Origin: Callorhinchus milii
Lineage: Eukaryota
Direction: 5' to 3'
Assembly: GCF_018977255.1 (NCBI RefSeq)
Contig: NW_024704743.1
Coordinates: 70,310,001-70,374,000 of the forward strand
Length of the DNA: 64,000 nt
The position numbers and the translations under genes are program-made. Below are positions 25,801 through 38,634 of this stretch, piece after piece (the first letter of the stretch is position 1; the number at the start of each line of letters is the position of its first letter). The notes beneath the pieces are model-generated. The model was not told where the DNA came from. It saw only the letters and a list, made by a program, of their open reading frames with translations, and did not search any database.

Positions 25801-27977
25801 TGTGACAGTGTTTACTCATATCTCTCTGAGGAGCTCCTGACAAGTTTATCCATTTGCAGGAACTACTTCTTCATTTGATACCATTTTCACACCAAACAAG
25901 CACAATCTGGCATGGGGCTATGTCAACTTTAATTCTTCAGTTTTACATCAGTTGTAAACTTGGCTGCAATGCTATTTAATCACATAATCAAAAATCACAT
26001 TCTTTCCATTTTCATATTTGCCCAATAGGAGCAAGAGGATGAGACGTAAAATGGAAGAAAAATATGTTGAAGGCTGAAACAGTTCAGAATAGGTGAAAGA
26101 AAAACAGCTGGAATAAGTATGAAATGAAATAAGCAAAAGTTACATTTTTTAAAAAAAGGCAGAGAATAGGAAAGAAGAAAATACTATAGAGAATATGAAA
26201 GGGATGATGGACCAAGCTTAGGTAAATATTTTAAACTTTTTTGGGGGGATTTGTTATAATTATTTTTGAGTATTATTAGAGAAATAAAGCTATTTCTTAT
26301 GTCTAAGCAGCTTTACTACGCTAACATTTGCAACTGTTTGGATCATGGTGCACAACACTGAAAATGTATAGAAATTGTCAATTTGCAGAGACAGTCAGCA
26401 GTTTGAGGATTCATCCAATGTTAAAGCCTTGATATTAATGGACTGAAAACACCAAGTGAGCCAGTTACTAGGTGGTGGTTCAATCAATGTGGCCATTGCT
26501 TGATTTCCTTATATTTCTAAGCCTTTATCCCACTGGCGCTGAAAGTCAAACATGACCAGATAATGATGCCACTGGTAATGAGATCAATATCTTTCATGTG
26601 GTGCGTGTTGCATAGGCGACAGTCTTTAATGTGTAAGTGAAAGGTTGTATAGTACTGAAGCATGATGATGCATTAGTAAGTAGCAGCAATGTGTTCTAGC
26701 AACAGCCCTGGATTGTGCCATATGTTTAATGAAACTATTTGAATTATGTAATATTTCTATAGTGTTCTTAAATGGGCAACAAGGGAACTTTATCATTTGC
26801 AATATTTTGGCATAAAAAGCAAAGTATGGTAGGAAATTGCACAATGCTAGTGACACTCTGCATGATGAGAGGCAGGACAGTGGTACCCAAAGGACCAATT
26901 GTATGAAAGAGCACCACATGTGTGAGAATCAGCTATCTCTGGGGACTGGAACTTGAGCTGTGAAAGGAATTGGCTGTACAGATCACTGCTTAGGATTGGA
27001 AAAGTTCCTGCTCTTGTGAGACAGAGCCAGCAGTGGAAATGCTCCACCTACATCACATCCAGTATACACTCTATTAGCATTATAGGAATAAATAATGTGC
27101 TGTTTCATGACAAAATTGATAAACATCAGTGCTGTGGTTGGCTTTGAAGATTTCTGTGCTGTCAACGTTGTTTACATCCCTGATTGTAGCAATTTCATGC
27201 AACTTCACAGGGTACTGGCTTAATTTAATTGGTATCAAGTGGCACTCAAATGGCAGCTCTGGGTCCAAGGTTGGGACAAAGAATTGGGCCTGTTGTTAAA
27301 GTTGGGGAAGAGATACATGCCCACAACCAGTCTTGAGGAACAGATGTCAAGATGTTAATGTTTCAGACAGATTTGATAACACATTCGATAATTAGCAAAT
27401 GTGTTAAAATATCACATTTGCCCCCAAATTATGTTTAGAGAAACAACATTCAATACATAGGTGTCAGCCTGGCTCAGCTAGTAGCATTCTTGCCTCTGAG
27501 TCAGAAAGCCCCATATCAGGACTTTGAACTTACATATTCTAGGCCAGTAGTGGCCAAACCATGGCCCTCGTCAAGAAGTGGCCACTGAACTTTCACAGTA
27601 GTCCTGGGAAGTCTGTGTTAAACCAATATTTTATTTCCAGTAAGTACTGAATAGCGATATTTATGGTGCAGTTATAAATCAAGAAATATTCAATCAAGAA
27701 AAGTTTATTTGATTGGCTGAACAAAAGGTTGCCCCCCCTAATGTTGACACTCCAACACGGTGCTGGATGCTTCAGTGTGACATTAAACTCAGGTTTCATC
27801 TGCCTGTTGAGATGTATGTTAAATAATCTTTACAATTAATACAGAACATTTCATGTCAGAAGGATGTCTCAAAGCCCATCACAAGATATATTATAAAGTG
27901 CAGTGACTGTGTATTTTGAAGGTGAATGTGGCAGCCAACTTGCACACAGCAATTGTCTGCGAACAACTGTGAAGTGG

Positions 27978-28200
27978 AGTACCTTGCAAGGGAGAGGACC
28001 TGGATTCGATTTCCGGCAGGGTGAAACCTTAGGCAAGTTTCCTTACTCCACATGCCTCTGTTTACCTAACAGTAAGTAGAAACCTGGTTGTTAGTCGATT
28101 GGCAGATCACTTTTCTAGGGATAATAATCCCTTAAAAAAATAATGATTTGGTCACTCAATCCATGACCGTTTGTGGGACACTGCTGTGCCCAATTGGCTG
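27978..28200 (+). mobile_element. tRNA-Ala-derived SINE, long subfamily, partial
   Basis: CTTGCAAGGGAGAGGACCTGGATTCGATTTCCGGCAGGGTGAAACCTTAGGCAAGTTTCCTTACTCCACATGCCTCTGTTTACCTAACAG.. Confidence 0.88.
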
Positions 28201-29008
28201 ATCATGAAAGGAGTGTAGAGCTCATGTAGAGCTCATTCCTCTACACAAGATTGTATCTCCTTCACATTCCTCTTCACATCTGTGATACATATTTAGAATC
28301 ACAGCAAACACTCCACTCCTATTAGATGCATCTGTACCCACAAACACAGTACAGACATTGGATGTCTGGGTGGTGGCATTATGTCAAAATATTCTATATG
28401 GGCTCAAAGTTATTTGAAGGAGAAGGTAAGTTCTGTTCTAATACTCACAAGTTACGTCTGAACAGAACCTTTTTACATGTGCTTCATCAACAAATCCTTG
28501 TTTTGGAGGCTCCTCCTGCTCCACTAGTCCAGCCATTATATTACAGGAAAGAAAAAGAGCTGAGTTTGTCACAGAGCAGCCCCACTTATTTTAACAACAA
28601 CAACTTGCATTTATGTAGCGCCATTCATGCGGGATAGTGTCCTGGAGAGCTTCACAGTAATTCTATGGGAAGCCACTACATGTGATGCTGCCTGCAGTAC
28701 ACAGGTTCATTTGCAGCAATGCAAACCTCTTAATCACAGGACTAATAATACAACAAATTGCATTTATGCAATGCCTTTGACATCAGGAGGATGCCCCTAG
28801 GGGCTGAAATTCTGTGGTGGATCTAAAAGAAGGATAAAGATAATTTAATAATCCTTACATTTGATACAGCGCCTTTCACGTTTGACTAGGCTGAGGACTG
28901 CTCATAAGCAGCTTGACCCAGAAGAACCCAGTATTTGTGAATATTCAGGAAGATGCAAATGGTATTATCTTTTCCTGGATCAGCAGCTCTGGATTGGTTT
29001 TCAGGCTG

Positions 29009-29069
29009 GTTAAAGTAAGTGAAATTCCTGTTAAAGTAAGTGAAATTCCTGTTAAAGTAAGTGAAATCC
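29009..29069. repeat. 21-bp tandem repeat, about 3 copies
   Basis: GTTAAAGTAAGTGAAATTCCT twice exactly, then GTTAAAGTAAGTGAAATCC. Confidence 0.95.
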
Positions 29070-30844
29070 AAATCCCTGAATGTCCAGTGCCTTGGGACAG
29101 CCTCTCGACGTGAAAGGCGCTTTACAAATGTTGTTGTTGCGAAGATACTTCATGGAAATTGAGAACCAGGGAAATCTCTAGAGCTGTTTAGCACATCAAT
29201 AAGTGAAGATCCTCAAAACATGAGGATTCCTGCACTTGAGAAAACAATTTATTTTATATGTATATTATTTCCTGAATTGGCTGGGGGCAATACAGAACAG
29301 AGTACTCACTTCAGCCTTCTCTTCCCCTTAAATGTGAAGAATACAGTATTATGCCCAGTTTAATCAGAACCACCTGCTAATAATTGGCTTAACCAATGTT
29401 TTACACAACACACAGGAGCTTCCAACTCATTTAAACTTTACATTAAAAAAGGACTTACATTAATTGCTGTGATGGTTGGATTATAGGATGTGATAACACA
29501 AAGCATAATAGATAAAGCACATAGATAAAGCAGGAAATGTTTAAATAATGGCGAATGGCCAATGCACAAGAAAACAAAATACTATTTCTAAATTCAGAAG
29601 CCATGAAAATAGATTTCTCAGTAAGTAGTTAAGCATTTACTGGTATTCACCTGTGCCAATAGAGAGCGTAGTTTGAAGCCTACAAAAGGCTTTGCAGTGT
29701 TCAGATGACATGACACTTGTTACAACACTATAAAGGGAGTTTGGTTTATAACGTTGATTGAAATATAGGATTTACAATCAGGAAAAGCTTTCTGCAAAGA
29801 GGCATTTGATCCACTAATGCACTATGACCACATTAGTCAGTTATTTGATGATCTAACTATTATACATTTAATTAAACAATTGTGCCATCCCTACAGATAT
29901 CCAGGCAATTAAATATACATCATACTGAGCACTGCAGATACCGCACTTGAAACAACAAAGTACTACAAGTTAATTTTAGTGTGTATGGGGAGAGACGCAG
30001 TCAGAATTAAAAATTTATGAGTTTATAAATTAATGCAGCACAGCAAAAGAACAACACTTGTTCTTAACATTTTCAAGGACTTTCAATGAACTTCTGCAAG
30101 ATTTACGGAAATAATTTCTACTCAGCAGAAGTTCTAAGTACAACAAGCTAGTCGACAGTTTTGAGCATGGAATGAGGCTGACTCAGCTTCTCTGTGTCCC
30201 CTGAGTGCCAGTGTGTTTGTATGCTGTGTGCTTCACTGTCCTTGGCAGTGAGTGCACACATGACACAAGCTCCTGAGGGTCAAACTCTCTGTGAAAGCGC
30301 TACACTGCATATTGTGTCTCCCACGTAGAGACATTTCTACTCTTCAATCAATATCCTATTTCCCAGACAATATATTCACTTAAGAGAACTTACAGTGAGA
30401 AGTTATTGCAAGAAGTTTCTGTTGCAGATTCTGATTTTCACTTTTAACTTGTTGTGGCTTGGTAAGATTGAGGAGATAATATAGGAACAATTATAGATTC
30501 AAGGGAAACACACATTTATATGATGTGATAATTATCTAGATTACAACAATAACAACAAATTACATTTGTAAAGTGCCTTCCACGTCGGGAGGACGTCCCA
30601 AGGCGCTGAACAGTCATGGATTACATTGATACAGTACTGAAATGGCAGGGGGCTGGTGGAGGAGGTGGGGTGAGAAACCAATCACCAGATTTGGGGGGAT
30701 TGTTCTACAAGATATTTGGAAATTATTCATTGAAAATGTTAACTTTTCACACTTAAAATGTATTGTATTCAGCCCCAACCAGTTGTTGAGCAGTGGGCAA
30801 AAAAAGACTGCAAAGTGTTGCATCTTGTGATATATACAAGATGC

Positions 30845-31055
30845 AGCCTGGAATCAGTGGTAGCACTCTTGCCTCTGAGTCAGAAGGCTGTGGAGCGGGA
30901 TTTGGAATCACATAGTCTAAGCTGACACTCCAATGTTGAAGGTATGTTGCATTGTCAGAGGTGCCATCCTTCGGATGAGATGCTAAACTGAGGTCCCATC
31001 TGCCTGTTCAGGTGGATGATAAAGATCCCATGGCACTATTCGAAAAGAGAAGTTT
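30845..31055 (+). mobile_element. DeuSINE 5' portion (a matching 3' portion lies at about 31540-31755, beyond a CR1 fragment)
   Basis: CAGTGGTAGCACTCTTGCCTCTGAGTCAGAAGG..GAGGTGCCATCCTTCGGATGAGATGCTAAACTGAGGTCCCATCTGCCTGTTCAGGTGGATGATAAAGATCCCATGGCACTATTCG. Confidence 0.88.
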
Positions 31056-31261
31056 TCTATTCTCTAGTGCTATTCAAGCTTACTTTTAAATATATTGATG
31101 TTGTCTGCTTCAATCACATCAGATTACATTCTGCAAAATTCTACCACATTTTATAATAAAATAGTAACAATTGGTGAATTTAGTTTGTAACTAAATGGGA
31201 AGAATAATAATCGCACAAATCAGAAAGAAAATGGCTCCACGGAATGCAGTAAAAAGAGTTT

Positions 31262-31420
31262 CCTAAAGCAGCAATGTTTTAAAACCAACAAGGGACCAGG
31301 CGATATTCGATTTAGTTATGAGTAATTAACCTGAAATAGTTAGCAATCTGCTGGTAAGGGAGCATCTTGGGAATAGTGACCATAATATGATTGAATTCAA
31401 TATCAGGATGGAGGGTTACA
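31262..31420 (+). mobile_element. CR1 endonuclease fragment
   Basis: Translates to KPTRDQAIFDLVMSN*PEIVSNLLVREHLGNSDHNMIEFNI, the typical CR1 APE C-terminal motif. Confidence 0.85.
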
Positions 31421-34289
31421 AAGGAATGTCTTAGATTATCGCAAGACCAACTTTGACTGGATAAGAAGGAATTGACTGCAATTGGGTAAAAGCAATTGAT
31501 AATTGATAAATTGATGGAGCAAAAGTATAATTCCAGTATTTCTCCTGGGAGTTTCTCACAGAGTCCTGGCCAACAATCCGTCAGATAAAATAGGTCATTC
31601 ACTTTATGGCTGTTTGTGGTTCATTGCCGTTTGCAAATTGGCTGCTATAAATACACAATCACTATGCTTTGCATTAAATTCTGTGAAGCGCTTTGAGAAG
31701 TCCTTCCAACATGAAAGGCTCTTTATTAAATGCAAGGATTATTATTTATTATGATAATCTGTTCAAGAGGTAACCAAATTAATTACAAAACAATATTTTG
31801 GTACTTAAAATAATCCTTACATGGTTGACTTTGGTAGGAAAATCTAGAACAGAGGAAATGGCAAAAAATTGCCCATTTGGTTTACCACCTGACACAGCAG
31901 TTATAGATGGAGCAAGAAGACTGAAGAGATTAAGAAGAAAATAAATCAAATTTCAATACTCACCCAAAACAAATACCTTTTGTCACTTCCAATGCAATTT
32001 ATAATTCACCCACAAAATATACACTTTGCCTCATATCCTGTGAAATGCTTTGAGATGTCTTGACAACATGATAAGGTGCTATATGAATTGCAAGGATTAT
32101 CATTATTATTTACATTGATTTAGGGTCTTTCATATTGGGAGGAGGTTTCAAAGTGTCTAACACTTTTGATCTACTATAAAGTGCAGCGCTGTGTATTTAC
32201 AGGCAAATGCAGCAGCCAATTTGCACAAAGCAGTGTGCCACAAACAGCCATGAAGTGAATGACTGGGGGATTGTTGGCCAGGATACCAGGAGAAACTCAT
32301 GGGAGAAATACCAGGATTATACTTTGTCACTTACTCAAGTAACTGCACTGAGACCAATAATGGAACAGATGCATGGTGATGAGAGAAATGTTCTTTTTCT
32401 GGTATGTTTGCCATTTTGAAAAAAAAGAAAATGTAATGCAGCCACAGGTGTAAAATTAAGTGTTCAGTGAATTACTCAAATTGGTGCAAGGTTTAACCAC
32501 ATCATTGAATGCTTATGAGCTCACTATCATCTTGTGTATGAATGTTCAGCAACACTGAGTAGTCAATGAACAAGAATAATACGTATCCCAATTGGTGTTT
32601 CAATAACAGTGCTAGCCACACATCAGTTGAGAGAGCTTTGCAGATGACACAATAAATAATCCAATCCAGATTGTTGGGGGAATGCACTCCAGGTTCGTAG
32701 TATAGTGAGAGCTAATTCCAGTGCTCGTATGATTCCATAATGGATGTTGGCAATGGCTTTCAGCCATTCTCCATACACAAAGGACTCCAACTGATTTATT
32801 GGGCACTTGTGAAAGTGATGGGTAGATGACTAGACAGGGTGAGGAGTCCAGCTTTAAAATTAGTCATTGAATTAATTGAATCCCTATCTTTGCCAGTGAT
32901 AGTAGTGAAAGCACCAAAGCTGATTAATGTGGCACATTTTCTTATTATAGGACTAATGTATGACTTCCTGGGGTAGACATGAACACAGCTTTCAAAGTAA
33001 TGTAAACAACATTGGCAGCGAGGGTGCTAATTGTGTCTCTTTCTGCTTTCTCATATTTTCTGTGTCACTGTGTGAGAATATCAAACCAAGTCTCACTCAG
33101 TGTGAGCAAATCTCACTTGCTTTAATTTATAAATATATCTATTTAAATATATTCTGCTTCAAAAATATAGGCCACTTCATATGTTCTGTCTGTGTCACTC
33201 TTGCTGATCTAAATTCTCTCTCCTAATATTTGCCTGATGTTGGCAACTCTGGATACATCTCCTTGCTGGTGCAAATGGCTACTGCATTTCCCTACAAATA
33301 AACTCGCTGCACTGGACAGTAATTACTTGTGAAGCACTTTGAGGTGTTTTAATGTAATGAGGTGCGATAAAATAGTTTTGACTGCGTGTATGTTTTGAGT
33401 GTATATTTGTGTGAAAATGGTGTGTTTGAGAGATGTATCAGGTTAGCGTAATGTGTGTTCATGCATCTACACATTGAAGGGATTAAGCACTTAATGCTAA
33501 GCTGTGTGCACATACAAATCAGTTGGAAGCAATCATGTTCAACTCTCGATACCTTACAAACTGATTCCAACCCATTAGAACATAACCGCAACCATTTTGA
33601 CCAAATTATGAAATAACTTAGATACCATTAATGTAATTCAGTAAACAAATAAAAAAAGTGTTTAAATTGTACCCAAGGTACATATAAGATTCATATATCT
33701 TAATAAAGATAAAACCAATCAGAATGACTTAATTAGATTTAAATACTCGGTGCAACTTATTTTGCATTAGGTTCCCTGTTGCAAAACTAAACTTTACTTT
33801 ATTATTTGATCTGAACAAGGTATTTTCTAAACAATGCTAACGATCATAGGAAAATCTAGCTCTGCAGTAGATTGATTAGAGCAGAACAGACTATATTGTG
33901 TTTTTTAGCCATTGTGAAATTGCTTTAGAAACTACAGCAGTTGGATCATTTTAATACTAATTATTTATGCATTTGGGGAGGAAAGTAAAGGATAGCATGA
34001 AGGAGGAAAGAAAAGTTGGAAAAATAGCTCTGTGCTCAGTCATCTTAGGCATGTACGTTCTAAATTTGCCAGTTATGTTTTATTGAAAATGTAGGTGAAG
34101 GGGCAAGCCTTTATTTCAGGACAGCACCAAGGTTGAAACAAGTACGAGACAAAACAAGATACATCAAGAAGTCATGGTTAGGTGATACTAAGCTTGGGGT
34201 TTTGAAAGGCTATAGATAGCAAGAAGAAGGGTTGAAGAAGGTGAGGCTTATATTTATCTTGTAAATATAAAATAACCAATAGCAGATCT

Positions 34290-34520
34290 AAAAGGGAGTT
34301 AGTAGGACTTGGAGAGTGGTGAGATTGTGAAACTCTCTCCCAGACATTGCAGTTGAAGCAGAAAGCATCAATGTATTTAAGAAGAAACTTGATGCATAGA
34401 TGAAGGAGAAGGGAATGGAGGGGTTTGGGAGGAATACAGGCTCATGTGGAGTATAAACATTGGCACAAACTAGTTAGTCTGAATGGCCTTTCTCTGTACT
34501 GTAATGTTCTACGTAATTTT
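34290..34520 (+). mobile_element. CR1 3' end
   Basis: GAGAGTGGTGAGATTGTGAAACTCTCTCCCAG..GTTGAAGCAG..TTTAAGAAGAAACTTGATG..GAATGGCCTTTCTCTGTACTGTAATGTTCTA. Confidence 0.85.
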
Positions 34521-36321
34521 ATTGTGCCAATGATAGTAAACTACAAAATAAATTAGTACATTAGATTACTAAGCATGTTGGATGTCGTAATTTTTACATA
34601 GTAATATGGTAAAAGTTTCAGGCAGGAATAGATCATTGGTCCATCTTCCCATCTACACTACCCTTACAATCTCCCAAAAGATTCTTTCAACATATATATC
34701 TTGGGATCCTTTTACTAACAAAATGTTTCTTACACTATCTGTTTGCTATTGTTCTTAGCTTGAAACAATGACCACCAGCAATACATATGAAACAAATGTG
34801 TGTTTCTTTTATTTCTAATGACATTCTCTCCTTCCTGCCGTATTGGTTGGCTGAATTTTGCTTTTGGCTTGCCCAAATGTCAGCTTTGATTCTTTGATGG
34901 CCAGTGGACTAAACTGCAAGTTTCATGTTGTGTGCCTCAGTTCAATATTTTCACGTCAACGCAGCTTTACATTTACATCATTCATGAAGACACACTGAGA
35001 GCTTCCTGTAGTTGTCATAAGAATCTATCATGTACTTTGTGCACGTAATTTTCTCACAACACTCCACAATACATTACATTTGCTTCTTCTTCAGTTAGAT
35101 TTTACTGCCTAATATCACCTTTTCAAATCTAACCAAATATTAGACCTTCTGCATTCCACTATAGGTTGAAATTATTAATTGGAATAGAGTTTCATAAGTT
35201 TCTATGAATCATATGCTGATTTCATTAAAATTATGTAAAACTGCAGATTCAAGAGTGGGATATATAATCACATTATCATTTAATAAATATGTGGGAATTA
35301 GAACAGAATAACAAATGTTTAATTTAATAGTGTCTCTCTAGTTTATGTGACAGGATACAAAAGAAAGATTCATTAAAATGCAATACGTTTTTAAAGTCTG
35401 TGAATTAATAATTTAATGTTTAATTAGAAATCCCTTTTGGAAACTTTATTACACGGTGAAATTATATAATTTTTTAAAGCCTATATAAATCCAAGTGTAA
35501 GATGTCTGTAAACAGAAAGTGTAGCTGAGAGGACTGCACTCTGAGTCCCATTATTACATTGAGAGTTGCTTGTGGTGAACTTGGAAATAATAAAACTGTT
35601 CATTCGAAATAAACTAAACTAAAAGTTCACTGAATGACATACATCTTAAGGTGAAATTGGGATGGGGAGTCAGACCCGCTTCAAAATTTACACAGACTTT
35701 ACAAATTTTCCCAAATTCTGGACCATAATAAATTTCAAGATAATTGTAAATATCTGAACCTGAGGATTTAGTAGCTGCTAAGAGTTGTACTGAGACATTG
35801 TTTGTAATTTCATTGTCTATTCACAAGCTCACAAGAGTGAAAAGAGGTTAATCAGCTCATTTGAATTAAGTGCAGGAGCCAAGGTTTATAGTCCCCAGAG
35901 TGTGTGTTCGGATACTGCTGAAGTTTGATAGCTTGCTTTTGACAGCATTGTCTGACAAGCGTTCCTGCTGCTTGTCCAGCTCGGACCACTCTACACGTTT
36001 GGGCTTTGGCTTACAGGGTTAATAGGAGCGGAGTGGGAAGAGTCCCTGGTCGACTTTTACAACTCATGCCGATGAGCCAGGCTGGCTGTGCTGTCATCAG
36101 TAGTGTCTTGGATTACTGTGGACCTGCTTCGCTCAGGAACCGGACGTTTCTCAAATGGGGCATCTGGCCCTCAACAGCCAAAAAGGTTGGAGCTCCCTGT
36201 TCTAAACTATGAGAATTCAAAGTTCCAAAGAGGGCTTGAACCCACAATCTTCTGAGTGGTACCAACTGAGCCAGGCTGAACCCTAGTTGGTGATAAATGT
36301 TGCTTATTTCAAGGCCATCAG

Positions 36322-36808
36322 ACTGTTGTTCAATATAAATGTAAGAATCTCTCTCATTTTGAGAGTAAGATCATCTCGATCAAATGCAAGGAATGGTAGT
36401 TCTAGTTTTTTTTAACTGAACAAAATATCTGGTCTGTCTGACTGATATATGCTGTGGGTATGGCATCAGCTCAATTTGTAAAGCACATAAAATTCCATCA
36501 GCCTAAAATGCTCTTTTAATTATCTTATTCAGTGTAAACTATACCAAGCATCACTCAAGCTGGATAACATTATGGTTGAGTGATGCTCAGTATAGTTTAC
36601 AGTGAGTAACACAATTAAAAGAGCATTTTAGGCTGATGGAAGTTTATGTGCTTTGTAAAGTAGGCTGTTGCCATATCCACAGAAGATGTCAGTCACAAAA
36701 ATCAAATTGTTTTTGAGTGAAACAAAAAACTACCATTCCTAATAGAATAACTCGAATGATTCTGCTTTCACAGCATAATGAAAGTGACTTACATTATTAA
36801 ACGGTAGT
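36322..36808. repeat. Long imperfect palindrome (fold-back, MITE-like)
   Basis: Arms of about 235 bp around a 17-nt loop (36559-36575); e.g. AAAGCACATAAAATTCCATCAGCCTAAAATGCTCTTTTAATT pairs with AATTAAAAGAGCATTTTAGGCTGATGGAAGTTTATGTGCTTT. Confidence 0.92.
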
Positions 36809-38634
36809 GTGCAAAGCAGTCACAGGGTAGAATTTTTGACTTCCATTTGATTTCTAACCTAAATAGCTTCCCTTTTTATTCTGACATCTTCCCCTTTTCC
36901 TATGTGTCTTTCAGGAAACAGAGTCTTCCTCCATACCATTTGTGAAGACCAGGATCAAGCAGTGAGGTAGATTTGTGGTAAATGAGGAAGTGGCTGCAGG
37001 GAGGGAGGGCTCCAGTCTTCACTGACAAGTTGCTGAGCACCATGAAGGTGTAGTTAGCTTCACAGCGGGCAAGTCTATTTGCTGAAGCCTCTTACATGGG
37101 GACCTGGATTAAGCGATTAGTGCTGAGTAAACGTTGACTGGACTTTTACGATCATCAATGCATGGACAGGAAGATGGTAGCAATGATCTCATGCATTTTA
37201 TGCTGAGCTCTATTGCCCAACAGGAAGCTTGCACAGAGTTCCTTTATCTGCCATTCACCAAGTGAGGGCTCAAACCAAATAAGTGGGGTCTCCTTGGAGC
37301 TGAGCTGGCTCCAAGGTGATGTACATCGAATGTCATAATCAAGTAAATCCTCTGTGATGGTCTTGATAGTTCAGTTCCTCAGCCAAGTGGGTCCTCAGGA
37401 CTCCAGGGTATTGCTGATGACAGTAAAGCCAGACTGGCTCATTCGTAAGACTTGAAACGTCAGATCAGTCACTGGTGAGAAAGTGTATCAAAGCACTGAA
37501 CCATGAACTGTTTGAAGACAGGTTTGCTCCCTGGGACGTCCTCCCGACGTGAAAGGCGCTATACAAATGTAATCTTGTTATTGTTGTTGTTGCTGCTGCT
37601 GCTGCTGACTAATCTAGCCACATATCAAGCTCACTCCTGTTCTCAGGTACACTGTCATTGCGGACCAGATAAAACATAATGCTTTGTTTCAAGAAGGAAG
37701 GGAAAATGAAGAGACTGCACCAACGGTGGGCACACTGTGACAGGTAAGCAAGTTTGACAGAGGGTCTGTCAATGCTCTTGGTCTGGAAATGGTGGAGCAT
37801 TGAAGAATCCAAAAGGGAAAATGGTGTTAAAAGCAACAGGGCTACATGTACAAGTGGTGTCAGGCACATTGTAAAAGTGATAAAGTACCGCAGAGCTACC
37901 ACTAGTGTTCTAAATAGGAATGCACTGATTGACTGCTGTAATAAGTGACGGTCAGTTAACTAACTTGACTGTTACATCCGTCCCCCAATTCCAGCATAGG
38001 ATCTGTGTGCTCTCACACCATTAGTCACCTGCATTCAGCAATTACTTACCTCATAAGAAAGAAGCATGGTTCAGTCCCAGAGACGACAGTTTAACCCTTT
38101 CATCAGCATGAAGCAACAATTAGCTTTGAGCGCAGTGCAGTCTGGGCTGCATTAACCTCCATTCTGTCAGTACTTCTGTCCTCTGCTTTTGTTCAATCAG
38201 TAATATCACACCTGTGTGGCACTCTGAAATAAATGCGCACCAAACAGGTGCAATTCAATAGGCATTTGTAGCAAAATTATAAAATAATTATCAGTAATTA
38301 ACAGACAAAAACAACATCCAAAGAGAACTTCCCAACCACCAGACCTTAGTGCCATACTCAGCTTCTGCATTATTAAAATGGGTTGGTGAAATGGTTTTCA
38401 ACTCTGTGAAATGTAGGTTAAACGTGAAAACAAAGTATTTATTATAAAACATTAAATACATTAGAAATACTTCTCAGCAATAAAATCAATGTTCTACTAT
38501 GCTTTTGCCAGAAGCATTACTAATCTATCTGATCTTATCAATCGAATAGAAGCAAATCTGAGCTATCATTTCAGATGCATTGATTTCAGAAAATAATACA
38601 GTTCCATGGTTTTAGGTGCAACTGCACAGTGAGA

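Noticed and set aside
28326..28425. Plus-strand exon ending AAG|GTAAGT
   Set aside because: Weak acceptor and unrecognisable peptide.
29009..29069. CRISPR-like array
   Set aside because: Head-to-tail repeats with no spacers, in vertebrate DNA.
30243..30264. miR-34/449 family member (TGGCAGTG start)
   Set aside because: Only the seed matches; the remainder and the 3-nt loop geometry do not fit.
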